64,000 nucleotides of DNA from Amia ocellicauda (GCF_036373705.1 NC_089863.1:18915406-18979405); one strand, 5' to 3'; counted from the first letter of the stretch, positions 35,661-51,898 are shown. Translations and numbers: made by a program. Notes: generated by a model not told the origin, from the letters alone.

Positions 35661-38600
35661 AGCTCCAGTAAAGAGAGCGGCGCGGCGCGGGGGGCAGGAC
35701 CGGTCCGATCACATTGGCAGTGAAGGCGCTTTCAGACACACTGCTGCAGCGTGGGAGTGGACCACACAAAACATTGTCATTATTATCATGACGCACACTA
35801 CAGTACTGCCCGCTCCCGTTTTATTGCAAAAAATGTAAACGATTGTAATTGGCTGTCTGTGCATTAACTTCTAGTTTGACAAGTGGATGCGTTTCAGTTG
35901 CAGGGCGAGTCTACCCCGTCCTGCCTCAGACGGGATCCTGGTCTCATATTTATATACAACCCAGTCACTTTCTACTGCAGCTTTTTTGTTTGTTTGTTTT
36001 TGCTGGCTGTGTATAAACAGAGTACGCACCATGACACATAACACATAACACACCTCAACAACCCGGATGCACCGACACACACACACACACACACACACAC
36101 CACGCCTAAATCCAAACCCAATAATCATCTCCCAACTTACTTTAAAGGCTGAATGTTGCTTAGTTTCCCACACAACTTTTTGCTCAGTCAGAACCGACTC
36201 AATCGACCTCTCTGTCTTATCTATACTTTACTCTATATCTGTAAGCGTGACGTACAAACCTAATATATATATATATATGTTTGGCTCTCGGACGTGTATC
36301 AGCTGCCCCGTTGCAGAGACTGACGCAGGACCCTGACTTCCTCAAACGATAGCAGAACAGCCCACGCCCCTAGCAAATACCGTAATACCCGGCTGTACGG
36401 AATAGCCAGCCTGGCATCTGCCCACGCAGTCATTCATCATCATCATCATCATAAATCAGTGTGGCTGCTATTCATGGATCACTGTCAGTTTCTGATATAA
36501 GGGATAGTATATAGTAATAATCATAATAATAATACTAATAATATATACTGTAGTGACTGTCAGCACTTTTCTGTTTTCTGTCTCTAGGCTATAATGTGGC
36601 CCCTCGCTGTTAGAGAAACGTGTTTAATCTGATCATTTCCACTGAGCAATACGGTAATGGGGAGGGATTTCCCGGCATCCACATTGCAGCTGGCACTGGA
36701 ATTGGGTCACGCATGCTCAGTTGAGTCACGTTGCAACAATGCCTCTCCCCACCCCGGGCAAGACTGATCGTTTTAATCAGCCCTACCCCCCCCGGCCTCT
36801 CCCTCCCTCCTCCGGCGGCTGGTGTAGTCCTGTAGTATATAGTGTAGTATATACTAGTATAATCGTAAATCTCGAAAAACTTCTCACTTCTAAATCTTTT
36901 GTAGTCATTTTGTGTGTACTGTATGTCTGGGTGTGTGGGTGTGTGAGCAAGGTGGCTGCTCCCTCTTGCCTCCACAGTCAATTACTATACTTTTTGACCC
37001 CCATAAATGACAATGACTGCACTTAGGACTTCTGCAGTTTAGACTCTCCCTCTGCTGCCGTGTGGTCAGCCATGTCTGATGAGAATACAGATCGATTTTT
37101 GTAAATGTAAAATACTTTTACCAATAAAACAGTATTTTACTAATTTTGAGAATTAATGTTTTTACTTGTGTTTTAACAATTGTTCTTAATGAAACATTTT
37201 CTTTTGTTGTGATAGTTTGGAGTTTATTTATTTTTTTAGTTTGTTTTTTATCCAATGCATTGACCGTTTTAATTATTTTAAATGCATCAGATTGTTTTGT
37301 TTCTGTTCCTTTGATGTTTCCCCTTTTTTGCATTTTCGGTTAAATTACAATGTTTTTGTAAAATGTTGTTGCTTTGGCAGTTCGCCATTTATTCACAAAT
37401 GTAATTGTTTTTATGCTTTCATGTAAATGTTCACTTTGAGTTTATTTGGTATTTTTGTTTTCTTTAAAACACTTGAAGAATTTAAAAGTTATAAATGATT
37501 TTAGAATTGGATTTTATAAAATTGCAATCAAAAGTGAAATACTCAAACAATAAAACAGTATTTTTACTAAAGACATCTGTGGAGAGGAGCATTGATGAGT
37601 TTCAATATTTTTTTTTAGACAAACTAATATTAAGTGTGTGTGGAATGTGTCATATTTTGTTGCTATGGAATAAGAAAGTTGAAAACACGAGAAAGCGCAT
37701 ACAATGCCGTGTATCCCAATTCAGAAAAACAACTCACAAGAAATTGTACCCGCATGGTGAAGTGGATTTGCGACGACTATGACTTTTTCTGCAGTTGAAC
37801 ATGTCAGTTTAAAAATGAGCAATCACAATTATAAAGTCCCTTATGTAATTACCTTATACAATTACCAACGCACTCACGGACGAATGGAAACAGTCCAGGC
37901 GGGACAGCGCAGTTCTGAGCTGAACACACCCGTGATGCTGCTGTTGCGCGCTGTTCTCCACACCCACAGCCAGACTACAGGTTCGTTTCAAGACAAGATA
38001 GTGTATAGTAAATCGGCCGTGTTAATACTCTTGCTGTGCTGAATTCTGACCAATCAGGCATTTTCTTTCTTCATTTTTGCATTTTGAGGGGAGGGGAGGG
38101 GCCCCTATTTTGTTCACAATACCATCTCCCTCTGGGGGTGAGGCTGGTGTCTATATTGTCTATTGTCTTCATGTCAATTTAAAAATAATATTGTCACTAG
38201 CAAATTGTAACAAATATGGTGGTACATTTTTGCTGGATATTAATGATTTATAATGTATAAATTGTATTTATTACTTGATTCAATCTTCGCTTACAGACTG
38301 TTTTTAAAAGCCATTTTACAAAATAATCTGCAAAACTAATGCCATGCAAAGACATTTTGGGGGACAGCAGCTCATGGGGCACCCTACTCCTCTGGGGGGA
38401 GCACTGACGGGGGCACTTGTAGAGTCACAGGGAAAAAGGGCAGGGGCTCAAGCCCCCCCTGGGGTCTATCTGTGCACGTGCCTGCCCTTATGGCACCCCC
38501 ATTAAAAAAGAAAATTGCCTATTGCAAATTAACCTTCTGTTACTGTACTATTTCATATGATATAGGCAGCATATGAGCTATCAGCTGTAGGCTGTGTGTA

Positions 38601-39049
38601 CTAGTTTTCTCCCCAACTTATCCTTGATGACAATAAGAACTGAAAATAAGTCTGTTAATTTGGCACATTTTGGAGCATCTTCCTCAAGAGCCTTTTTTTC
38701 AGGGGTCTATCACTGCCACCACCTTAATTTTTTCCAATCCATCTCTAATGAATGACATCGAGTGAAAGTGGATCTCAAGCCTGTTTGACTTTGAATGAGA
38801 ATTTGCATAACCATAAGATTAGCCTCCCCCTTAGCTAAACAGAAACCCGGGCTGGCCATTTTTTTATTTTATTAGCAGGACTGGTGATTGCATGCAGATT
38901 GGCCAAATGCTCTTTATGACAGAGAAATAGTGCAAAAATGCTATATATTTGTTTCAGCTTCAACCGGCCCACCTGTCTAAAAAATGGTCTGGCCCATCTG
39001 GCATTTGGCAGAATTGCCAGGTGGCCAATCTGCCTATGTCTAGTAGCAA

Positions 39050-39905
39050 CACCAGCTCAGCAGTAAAGTGGAAGGCCACACAAGCTCACAGAACAGGACC
39101 ACCGAGTGCCAAAGCACGTAGCGTGTAAAAATCTTCAGTCCTCGGTTGCAACAATCACTACCGAGTTCCAAACTGCCTTTGGAAGCAACGTCAGCACAAG
39201 AACTGGTTGTCGGGGAGTCTCATGAAATGGGTTTCCATGGCTGAGCAGCCGCACACAAATCTAAGATCACCATGTGTGATGCCAAGCGTTGGCTGAGTGC
39301 AGTAAAGCTCCTCTGGAGTGATGAATCACGCCTCACCATCTGGCAGTGCGATGGACGAATCTGGGTTTGGATGCCAGGAGAACACTACCTGCCCGAACAC
39401 ATAGAGCCAACTGTAAAGTTTGGTGGAGGAGGAATAATGGTCTGTGGCTGTTTTTCATGGTTTGGGCACCTTATTCCAGAGAAATCTCAATGCTATAGCA
39501 TACAATGACAGTTTCCTGTCCTCTATCAGCATGACAATGCCCCCGTGCATAAAGTGAGGTCCATACAGAAATGGATTGTTGAGATTGGTGTGGAAGAACT
39601 TGACTGGCCTGCACAGAGCCCTGACATCAACCCCATCCAACAGCTTTGGGATGAATTGGAATGCAGACTGCGAGCCAGACCTGATCGCCCAACATCAGTG
39701 CCCGACCTCACTAATGCTCTTGTGGCTGAATAGATGTAAATCCCCACAGCAATGTTCCAACTTCTAGTGAAAGCCTTCCTAGAAGAGTGGCGGCTGTTAT
39801 AACAGCCAAAGGGGGGACAAACTCCATATAAATAACCATGATTTTGGAATGAGATGAGCGATGAGCAGGTGTCCACATGTTTATGGCCATGTAGTGTAAG
39901 TACCA
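39050..39905 (+). mobile_element. degenerate 5'-truncated Tc1-like transposon remnant (different subfamily)
   Basis: Six-frame pieces read ..[64 protein letters not shown].. and ..HKVRSIQKWIVEIGVEELDWPAQSPDINPIQQLWDELECRLRARPDRPTSVPDLTNALVAE.. with stops and frameshifts. The 3' end ..gatgagcaggtgtccacatgtttatggccatgtagtgta resembles a Tc1 terminal inverted repeat. Confidence 0.75.
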
Positions 39906-42900
39906 GATCGGACCTCCCTGTAGCACAGACAGAGAAAGGGATGTTGCAGTTCCATGCTGTATCCACGTGGTGTCAGGGTTGAGTCATCTCCAGTCTGCGT
40001 CGAGCCGGCACCAGATTTGGGATAAAAACAGCTAAAAATATCGAAATACTTTCAACTCATTTGCAATATGTCACTATAACAAAAAGTCAGCCCAGTCTGC
40101 TCGGTAATCTAAATGGAGACCATGTTAATAACTCTTTTTCAGTCTTTTACCAATTCAAAGTTACCCCTGGTGACTTGAAGAGAGCAGTTACATTATTTAT
40201 TTATTTTCGTGTGTGGACTCATCCTGAAATATTTTTGAAAACTTTTACTATGTGCAACAATATCTATTTAAAAATATTAACTTTTTGAAAATGATTACTT
40301 AAGTAAGAATCAAACAACTATTTTTGTCATAGGTCCAAACTGAACATACATATTATAATTTGTATATCAGTTGGTCAGTGTGTCAGTCAGCCACCCAAAC
40401 GGCCCACAGAAGAGACAGACACATGAGTCGGGACAGTATACAGTTTAGATTATATTGTTGCAAATGGATATTACATTACCAATACAGTCTTAATATCGCA
40501 GGAAACAGTAAGCAGGAGCAGATATATAAATATATATATATACATGTACAACTGAAATAAATAAATAAAAAGTCAATAAATAAATAAATAGACAAACAGG
40601 TAGATTGGTAGACAGAGAGAAAAACAAACAAAGAGAGAAGTATATATATACTGGAAGAGATATACTGTATATATATATATATAGTATTAATACTTTTCCT
40701 ACATCCAGGCTTGTAACTGTATAGAAGTAGTTTTCTAAGTAGGGTTTTTACAGGGAGATGCACTTAGATGTTTCTCTAGGCGTAGTGTCTAGTAAGTGTG
40801 TCTGTCCTGTATCACCCCTTCCCCACCCACCCAGCGCAGTGTCAGCGAACTGCAGTGTCCAGTCAGTCGGTCTGTCCGTCAGTCCGTGTGTCTGACCTGC
40901 ATTAGTCTCTCTACCCACAATGCACTGCAACCCCTTCACAGCTGCTATCAGTCCACAGGGAGGAGAACGAAAGTCACTGACTGCCTTTTTCACGACGGGA
41001 TTCAAATTGGATCAGAGTTACAAGGGATAGAGCACCATTCACACACGGGACACGAACGCCACAGCCAGTCCAGCCCCGTCCACATCAGTGCAGTGCAGTC
41101 CTGTTTTTAACAGGATTTCACAATTAGTGATAGAAAGTTTCAGATTCCCCCTGGTTTCTCCCCTCTCCCCCTCTCCGTCTCTCCCTGTGTCTGTGTCCTA
41201 TTGTGCGTGTGTTCTCTCTTCTCTCTCTCACTCTCCTGTTCTATTGTGTGTGTATTACTGTGAAAATCTGTTCTCCTCCCTCCATCCCTCCCTCCCTCTT
41301 GCTCTATTGTCATCTTCCCTCTCTCTCTTGTCCATGTCTGCCTCTCTGTGTGTGTGCAGCACCGAGGGACAGTGAGAGGTAATAGGAGTTTGCCTGTGTA
41401 GAAAGTGCAGAACTGATGGATTTAGGCATAAAATAAGCAATCTACAGCTTAGGGGCCTCTACATGGGGGGGGGGAATACTGAATTTCCACTTTTACATCA
41501 GAAGTTGAAAAATAATGGAATAGGGATGGGACAGTTTCAGTCAGATACGACTAAGAAATGACACTTTCACTGCTACACGATGACTTGTCCTACTCGGGCT
41601 GTCCCTCTGTGCAGGAAGAAGTACAATTCATACGGAAATGCCATTCACACTGAGGCAGCGTTTCAGAATCGATCGGTTTGCTCTAAAACGAGTCGACGTC
41701 AACCCGAAACAACCCAAGAAATTCCTGGCCCCCTGATTGGCTCATAGGCCTGCTCCCCTGTCAGAGCCAGTCCGTACTGTTAGTCTAATGGGTGCTCAGT
41801 TCCATCAGTCAAAATGGGCCCCTTTTTCTTTATTTTTTTTTCTTTCTTCATTTAAAACATATAGAAGCTATTTGACTTCCGTTTCGGGCTGCAATCTGTA
41901 TATTTAGCTGTTAACTTCAACCCTGAAACTCCAAATTGCTTTGAAATCCTAAGAAATGCTGGCATTCCTGGTGTAAATGTACAGTCTGTTACTCAGTAAC
42001 TTGATCAGATTAAATGGGTTTTGGATGAGAAGCCCACTTGCATTGTCCCTGGTCTTATTCAGGCTTTAAAAAATAGTCTTTACCTGGTGATTAAGTCTAG
42101 TTATTTCTGTTACAACACACTTTATTTTTGGTAATGCTGTGGCGGGCCTCGAAAGCTTGACACCGCTCAGACCTGGAGCCCCGTTCAAACAAACAGACAC
42201 TTTGCATCTATGGGAGAAACATGTGCTCCTCATATTGATCAATGGGCCCAGACGGGCCCCTTGTCGGTATCTCTCAAAGATAAGCGCTGACTTTTGGAAC
42301 GGATTTCAGCCTGTAGTCCACATATTTCCTCGCTAGGTCGACAACATCGCATAGAAATTATATCGTTAGTCTTGGAGAGGTTGGAAACATATATGGCGAG
42401 GTACCTTTCTGACCAAAATCAACATCAACATGGAAATAGATGTCACATCGATCCCACACTTTTTACACCCCCAAAAGGGGCCCATTTTGGTATAGAAACA
42501 ACATCAGGAGCACGTGTCTGTACCATATATGGAAAAGAGGGCACAGATGGCACCGAGCCCCGCCCAGGAGAGAGGAGACGCACTAGTGGAGCCCGGTCTC
42601 TGTGGAGAACAGCTGGCCGCCCCTGGGAGCTCTCCCTTCAGGGGACATTGGACAAATAAAATCAATTCCTACACAAAAAACAAAGCTACATAAATACATC
42701 CATCCATAAATAAATAAACAAATAAATACATAAATACATAAATAAACACATTCATCAACTGGTGTACAAATGCAGTCAAACAGAGACATAAGAAATAATT
42801 ACCGATCGAAGGAAATCAATTACACAGGGATGTTAATTACAGCAGCTATGTACACAGAAGGGGTCTCTGGTTAGAATCCTTCTGCTCCAGGCCTTGTTAT

Positions 42901-43253
42901 CCCTCCCACCCCCATTCCCTCGGCCTCACTTTTACCGCCTCCTGTGTCAGTATGTGTTTGCTTATCAATGAGAGATTTGGTTCTCTCCTGCCTCTCCCCC
43001 TCCCTCTCCCCTTACTCTCTCATCTCTCCCGTCCTTTTTATATGTGTTTAGTACTGAGGGATCCTCGTGTCATCTCTCTCACCCCCTCCCTTCCTCTCTC
43101 TCCGTCTCTGCCTGTCTTCTGTGCCGTTGCGGAGTGAGAGGGATTTTCTGTTATCCTCTCCCTCTCTTTTGCACGACCTACTGTGTGTGCATTACTGTGG
43201 GCTCCTCTCTACCTCTCTCTCTCCCAATCTGTGGAGGGCATTCGAACTGAGGG

Positions 43254-43297
<44 letters not shown>

Positions 43298-43973
43298 CAC
43301 AAACAGGCCAGAAAAAAACCCAAATACATCCAAACTTCAAATACAAAGGAACCCCAACCAAAACCCCAAAGAACGTAGTCTCCGAGTTCAGAAAGTCATC
43401 AGATAATACACTAACTACAATGGTAACAGTGACAGCTGATCCACTGCTCTTACTGACCAGTAATCTACAGCTATGTGCTCTCCTCTTCCCCACACATCCA
43501 GGCTTTTACATTTCACATTTACAGTATAATACATTCCTATTCTGTAACCTGAATAAACACTTGCTTTTTAAGGTTTTTTACTGTTTGTTTCTCATTAAAA
43601 GGAATACAATCTGCGGGAGATTCTACTAAAACCACTGGTTTAGCCCCCCACCCAGCTCCCTCTCTCTCTCAGTGCAGTTTTAAAGTACCGGTCAGTCTGT
43701 CAGTCAGTCCATGTGTCTGTACGGTATTAAACCCCCTCACCTCTCTCTCTCTCTCTCTCTTTCACACCTACGTTAACACACTGTAGCATCCAATGAGTCG
43801 GTCAGTGCGACAAGCAGTCGGTCAGTCAGTGTGTCTGCTTTAACCCCTGTTCCCTCCCTCCTCTTCCTCAACGGGGTGAAAAACAAAGTACCGGTACCAG
43901 TAACAAAGCCCAGTCGACGCACTTACACCACCAACCCCCTTCGCTCCCTCCTCTCTCTCCCTCCCTCCCTCTC

Positions 43974-45065
<1,092 letters not shown>

Positions 45066-45964
45066 GATATTGTCAAACACAAAAGTGATGTGCTCAGTAC
45101 AGAAGAGGCGCTTGGTGCCTGAGCGCGGGCTCGGCCAATCAGAGAGGAGCCCCACGAGGGATCAGCGCCGTAATCTCCTCCAGGTGCTGCTCATTTCAGC
45201 AAATTAAAAATAGCTGCAGAGAAGAAAACGACACAGGTCTCCCTCCAGTGAGGAGAGCAAAGCCAATCAGCCATTTAAAAGGACTGTGTTTAAAGAGACA
45301 GCCGCCCCAGGTCTCCTTAGAAAGCCTGTGAAAATTTTTTATAGGGGAGCAGATATTTTACTTATACACTCCTACTAACACCCGAGACCAGAGAAAGCCA
45401 TTGTTCTTGGGACTGCGCTAGATCCCCCCTTCAGGAGGAAGTGACATCAGAGGTCATTGTAAAAAAGCTGACTTAAGAGACATTCAGGGACTGGAAGAGG
45501 CAGAGAGAGAAAGAGGGGAGGGGGTAGAGAGAGAGGGGAGGAGTAAAACAGATGGAAACAGAAATAAATGCCAGAGAGTGTGAGAGGCAGAAAAGGGAGA
45601 GACAGAGAGTGAAGGAGGGGTGGGAGGTGGGGGGGTACTGTAATCGGAGGAACAAGGACAAAAGGTTAAAACAGAGAATGACAGAGAGAGAGAGTGACAG
45701 AAAGTGACTGAGAGAAAGAGAGACAGAGAGAAATAGAGAGAGGGAGAGATAGAGAGAGAGAAAAGGAAAGAGAGAAAGAGAGTGGAGATATTGTTGTAAC
45801 CCTGTCCTACCACGAGAGCTATATTTGGGGTATGAGCAGCTGTTAGACTGTGCAGTTAGAGTTACTGCATAAACAAGCACACACACATTGCACACACATA
45901 CAATATGCACACGCACACACACACAACATATACTGTTTAAAACGCATACACACACACACACGCA

Positions 45965-46270
45965 GAAGCCTTAACTGTATAGTATAGTATAGTATAGTAT
46001 AGTGACCAGACTGGAGCCAGTGTTGTGGGTACTATAGTATAGTATAGTATAGTGACCAGACTGGAGCCAGCGTTGTGGGTACTATAGTATAGTATAGTAT
46101 AGTATAGTATAGTATAGTATAGTATAGTATAGTATAATATAGTATAGTATAGTGGCCAGAATGGAGCCAGCGTTGTGGGTACTATAGTATAGTTTAGTAT
46201 AGTATAGTATAGGGCCAGACTGGAGCCAGTGCTGTGCAGTTCAGTGCAGTATAATGTAGTATAGGGCACA
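45965..46270. repeat. (GTATA)n pentanucleotide arrays alternating with a 30-bp motif (gaccagactggagccagcgttgtgggtacta), 4-5 copies
   Basis: The same composite recurs at 47757-47830, 62570-62740, 12250-12320 and 59820-59870, so it is a dispersed family. Confidence 0.8.
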
Positions 46271-46293
46271 GGCTATGTGTGCAGTGAGCTCAC

Positions 46294-46387
46294 CTGGATG
46301 AGGATCTTTCCCAGACACACAGATGGGGTGCTGAGCTCCGCCAGGAACATACAGCCCTGGAAATAATCGCCCTTCCCCTGCCGCCAG

Positions 46388-46389
<2 letters not shown>
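46294..46389 (-). CDS. tlcd3b: tlcd3b coding exon 4 (FWRQGKGDYFQGCMFLAELSTPSVCLGKILIQ)
   Basis: Acceptor is a (ct)n microsatellite followed by cAG at 46391-46390. Frame of ORF 46273..46893. Donor CAG|GTGAGC at 46293-46292. Confidence 0.85.

Positions 46390-46391
<2 letters not shown>

Positions 46392-46444
<53 letters not shown>
46392..46444. repeat. (GA)n microsatellite on the plus strand; as (TC)n on the minus strand it forms the polypyrimidine tract of the tlcd3b exon 4 acceptor
   Basis: Perfect run directly abutting the acceptor cAG at 46391-46390. Confidence 0.9.
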
Positions 46445-46447
<3 letters not shown>

Positions 46448-46584
46448 TCATATAGACACACTAACCGACCGGTCACTGCAGTACACTGACACAGAGAGGG
46501 ACACACATACCCAAGCCGATACGCAGAAGCATACCGCACACACATCATAACACACAAACTGAGAAATAAGGGGAAGCTGGTTAC

Positions 46585-46801
46585 CACGGAGACGGGGAAG
46601 CAGACGGTCACCATGACGACGTGGTGCAGCACCATGAGGAACTCCCGGCGCAGGTAGCTCCGCAGGGCGGCCGCGAGCGCGCCGGGGCCCGAGCCGTGGC
46701 CTTTGACCTGCAGCTTGTGCCAGTAGCACATGAACATGGCATAGATGTCGTAGATGAAGTACGGAACAGCGAAGAGGATGTAGGAGCTGGTCAGCCAGTG
46801 T
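46585..46801 (-). CDS. tlcd3b: tlcd3b coding exon 3 (QHWLTSSYILFAVPYFIYDIYAMFMCYWHKLQVKGHGSGPGALAAALRSYLRREFLMVLHHVVMVTVCFPVSV)
   Basis: Acceptor (ct)n-cAG at 46803-46802 ends a 5.1-kb intron. Frame of ORF 46273..46893. Donor GTG|GTAACC at 46584-46583. Confidence 0.85.
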
Positions 46802-48249
46802 CTGAGAGAGAGGGGGGGGTTAATACAGCATAAGCCAACTGACCGACTGAACAATGCAGCCCACTGACACTGTGCTGCGAGAGAAAGACACACACGTGCA
46901 GACAGACATTCGGCAGATACACATCAGACAAACAAACCGACTGGAAACTACAGAACACTAACACGGCACTAAGAGCCAGAGAGATAAATATAGAGCGATG
47001 CAGACACACAGATTAACTGAACACTGCAGTAGAGATGGTGGTGGGGGGTTTAATACAGACAAGCCCAAACATACTTTGGATTACACTCTGTGTTACACCT
47101 TGGATTTCCTGGATAGAAACTAATTAGGTTTCTAATTAGATTAACAAGGACAAAAGATTAAGCCTGAGAGAGAAGGAGGGGGAGGGGGGAGGGAGAGGAG
47201 ACAGAAGGGGAGTAGTACTGATTTGCTTCTAAAATGCATTGTGTGACTACAGTCTAAAGCACCAGTGGTATATTGCTATGTCAGTGATTACTAACGGTTT
47301 GTGCTGTCTGAAGAAGTAAGAAAATATTCTGCAGTCTACAGTACACTGCAGTCACTATCAGTCCACCAGAGAGTCAGTCAGTCAGTCATTCAGTGTGTCA
47401 GTCAGTCAGTGTGTCAGTCAGTCAGTCGATGTGTCAGTCAGTCAGTCAGTCCAGTGTTTCTGTCACTCTACACAAACACATACACTCACACACACACTCA
47501 ATCACTCACACAGTGCCTGGGTGCAGCAGACCTGACCTTCTCTACACTACTGCAGACCTTCATTCGTCCCAAACATTAAATATTTACTAATTATTGAACA
47601 GGGATCTTTGCAACACTTATCGACTGCGATGTGCAGACCCAGACCTGTGAATAATGGATGGACTTTTCCCTGTTTTCAGTGTTTGTGTCCAGTGGTCAGC
47701 ATCTTTCCTTTGCTGACACAAAAAATTACTGAAAACAGTGTGGTGTACCAGCGCTGTGTGGACTATAGTATAGTATAGTATAGTATAGTATAGTATAGGG
47801 GCCCAGACTGCAGCCAGCGCTGTGTATAGACACCCCCAGAAACACTCTCTCCTACTTCATGGAAAACTTCAGAATGAATTTAGAATTTATTTTAGTCATA
47901 GTAGTGTCGTAGAGTCCAAGGCTGAACTCGAAGCGTGTTGATATCCCACAGATCCCTTCTCCCCAGCAGCCACTGTATCTCTCGATTTAGAAAAACAAAA
48001 GTGCTTGTGACCTTCCTCAGAAACGCAGAGACACTTCCTTTTCCAGCAGCGTCTCTCCCTCCCCTATAGAAAGACACACACTGTCTTTCCACGGCCCCTA
48101 ATCTTCCACTCGTATTCCCAGTACTGAGTCCTCCGGCTCTGAATATTTTGTAATCTCGAGGGATGGGACAGTCCTGGAGCATCCGCAATACGTAAGGAAT
48201 TCGGTGCCATGGAATCGGCACGTACCGCAGGCACATAGAAGCGCATGCG

Positions 48250-48780
48250 TGAAAAACGTGGCGTCGGGTTCAGGGAAGCGCTGCTTTTGGCGGGACGATG
48301 AAACTTCGCTTTAGTGAATGCTCCCAGCAGTGGAGGCGTGAATGTGCACAGACACAGTAGTGCCCAGCGTACAAAACATCCCAGCTTGGCATCCTGTCTC
48401 ACTTCGGTTATGATAATACGAGCTTATTCCACACAGCCTGGACTGTCTGCTACCAAGATGCAAGCTGAACACACCTATAGAAGATGACATGGTTTTACAA
48501 AGAAGCGGTCAAGTTCTCAACGTCACTTTCACATGAGCGCGACAGTGATGTCATCAACCAGCGCCAGATAGTCGAATTGGGAAGTTCCTGTGTGGGGCGA
48601 AGGAGACTGACAGATGAGCATGTTTAGAGTAAACTGCCGCCTTCAGGTAAAAGGTAGAAGTAAAGTGGAGCTGCACTGAAGCAGCCAGTGCCGAATTGAT
48701 TAAAAATAAACACTAAAAATAGGACAGGAAGTCAAGCTGGAAAATTTTGTCCACTGGGAACTCTTAAATCCCACAGCAGT
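48250..48780. repeat. copy of an unclassified dispersed element (segment A 48250-48420, segment B 48540-48780)
   Basis: Segment A (..gttcagggaagcgctgcttttggcgggacgatgaaacttcgctttagtgaatgctcccagcagtggaggcgtgaatgt..) resembles 10930-11090. Segment B (..ggggcgaaggagactgacagatgagcatgtttagag...acaggaagtcaag..) resembles 17800-18010. Confidence 0.6.
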
Positions 48781-49972
48781 TTGCAACACCACAACCAGTA
48801 GCGCATCCTGATAGACAAGAAGGCCTTCATCCAGGGGACCATCAGCTCTCATGCCTTTCATAAAAAGTCAGCCTACAGATATCACTGTGTCAGCTGACAA
48901 TCAAGACCCATCTCATTCCCTTTTATTTTCCCTTTCTCCATGAATTGTTTAAGATTTGACAGTGTGACAGCACCACTGAGACCAACACAGTATCCAAATG
49001 TTCAGTTTCATATCTAAAACGATACAAAAGAGTAAATGTCTGGTGTTACATGCGTGGCTACTGGAACAGCAGCCCTCAGCTCAGTTCCAGGGGAGCTGCA
49101 GACACCTGGGCGATGCTCTCGGCGAGGGTCAAGTTGCAATTATTTCATACAGGCCTTGTTAGGATTTCAAAACAATTTGGAGTTTCAAATAGTTTCTGTA
49201 TGTTTTAAATGTACAAAGAAAGAAAAAGAAGCCCATTTTGACAGATGCAAAATATAAGGAGCACTCTTTAGGCTGGCTCTGACAGGGGAAGGCCTAAGAG
49301 CCAATCAGAGGGGCAGCTGGGACTCGCACTGCGGGCAGACGTTGGGACTGACGTGTGAATTATTCTGTGGGAAGAGCACTGATTGGATAATGCAGAGATA
49401 CCCTCAACCCAGCTTTCTGTTCAGGCCGATAGGGATACAGTCATGTGCTGATCAGCATCTCTGATGACATGGGTGCCTGTGGCTAGATCCCCGATCGTGT
49501 CCCTGACAGGGGAATCGAAATATCGGAGGGCCACGGGGGGTGAGGGGAGGCTCACTGTGGCGCAGTGTGCAGGCAAAGCGGCACCATGTCACAGCAACTG
49601 TGTAGGGAGACCACAGGCATCCCAGAGAGGGAGTCAGTGTGTCAGTCAGTCAGTGTGGCAGTGAGTGTGTCTGTCAGTCAGTGTCTCAGTCAGTCAGTGT
49701 GTCAGTCAGTCATGGCCCTATTCAATAATATGTCAGAGCTACAGTTGATGGGACCCACACTTCTGTCAGTTGTTCCAGAGCATGTTCTTGCAGTTGTTCT
49801 CTTCTGTAATAAGTTATATTAGACTGTGATCTGTGCCGTTCCTGTGCTGGGCTCAGAGACAGGTGTGGCTGGTTCCATACAGTGGCGTGTGGGGCTGTGG
49901 TGTGGTGGGTGGACAGTTTTGTTTCAGGTGCCAGTGACCCTTGCACAATGTGAGAGTGTGAATTAGACCAGG

Positions 49973-50006
<34 letters not shown>

Positions 50007-51898
50007 CAACTACTACTACGAGTACAACTGCAACTACTACTACTAAGAATAATAATAGCACAGCCTGATGCCCCTACTGTACTGTACTCACATATATCTG
50101 AATATAGCATAACCTTCACTATAGCACCAAACAGCACTGCAAAGCACAGTTAATCTGTTTAACCTTCATACTGAATGCTCTCTCTCTCTCTCCCCCTCTA
50201 TTTCCAGGGATCATAATCCTATAGCAGGGGTCTCCAGCCCTGGTAATGGAGAACTACAGTTCCTACTAATTTTCTATTAAAAAAAAATGGACCTGTCTAT
50301 ATATATTTGTTTAGACAGTCAGTTTATAATTAGTTAATACAAATATGCAGCATTTTGATCAAAAGAAAGAAAACGTATGATTTACTTCCAGGTCAGAAAC
50401 CTTAAGTCAGCATGTCTCCCTGGTGTTTTATGCATTTAAAAATAAAAATGGGATTCAATTGCACCAGAGAACACACCCCTTGCTGCCCTTATGGATCAAA
50501 CATATGTTATAAACAGGACCTGTCCGTCAAAATGAACTCAAGGCTGCAGTGTTCAAACATACACCCTGCCAGTGACCACTGCAGTCCTGATTGTGGTGCT
50601 TTTCCTGCCACAGGCCTTGCTGGCCAGTCAGCACTATCGCTCTCTCAGGTTGGGAATGAGTGATGGAGCTTAAATATATAAAGAATGCTGTGTAAGATCA
50701 TTATAGTTTTAAGGTACTTGTATACATTTATCGATGGATTTTTACATCTATGTGGATTGTGTTTTTTTCTTGGAGTAATTTGATATAGTTGATGGTTTTA
50801 AGTGCTGATTGTATAATTGTGTACTGGTTGATGCACTGGGTTTTAAATTAACTGAATATAAAAGTAAAAGTCTCTATCCCTCTCTTGGGCTCTCTCTCTC
50901 TCTCTCTCTCTCTCACTGTATCCCTCCTCTCTCTACCTCTCTCTCTCTCCAAAACACAACTGAAACTGTGTGCTCAGGGGTCATACGTTTATGCCTTCCT
51001 CAGCACTGTCCGAGAGAAGTGTGTCACAGCGGGGACGGTGCGTCAGTGTACACAACCACAGCCTCGCATGACCTGCAGGTGTTTCACACTGCTGGCCTGC
51101 CTCTCTCTCTCTCTCTCTATTTCGTACTGTCTCCCCCTCTTTCTGTATGTCTCGCCCTCTCTCTTTCTCTCCCTGTATCTCCCACTCCCACTTTCTCTCC
51201 GCCACCCTCTACCTCCCACTGGACACCATCGCTGCCTCTACTGGCCTGCAGCTGTTCAACGCCGCTGGTCACAGGCTCAGGTGACAGCTGGGCTGGCCTG
51301 CCTCTCTCTTGCCCCTTTTCCACTGGCACATCTGGTGCGGTGCTGGAAAAGGGAGGATTCTTCTTCCCTCTTCCTTTTGGCCTCTCTCTTTCCCTCATTT
51401 CCCTGGGATCCCTCACTCTGCCACAGGCAAGCAGACACACTGGAACCATCCCGGGCAATCCTTATTATGATTATAATGATTATTATTAAGTTATTCAGAA
51501 GATGCCTCTATCCAAGGCGACACACATGCGTTCAGAATCACTGACACACAATGCTCTCCATGTACACAAAATCACAAGGAAGACAATATATGAGTATCAG
51601 ACCGGAACTGATCAATTTAAATTTTTTTCAACTAAACTGAGGAAGCTGAAACTGTACTTCTGCATGTCTGCCTGCTGCCTCGCAGAGCATGTGTGGGCTC
51701 CCCTTGACCGCTCCCCGTGGACAAAAAGTGTTCCAGACAGAGGGGACATCCCAACTTATCTCACCCACACACAACCTCACCCCTTTTCTCCGCAGGGCTG
51801 TGTATGCCCCCCCCCTCCAAGTCACACACATATATTAAGCAGTGTTTCTCCCGTCAAGGTAACAGTAAGGAGAAAGATGATGTCATCAGATTACTCAC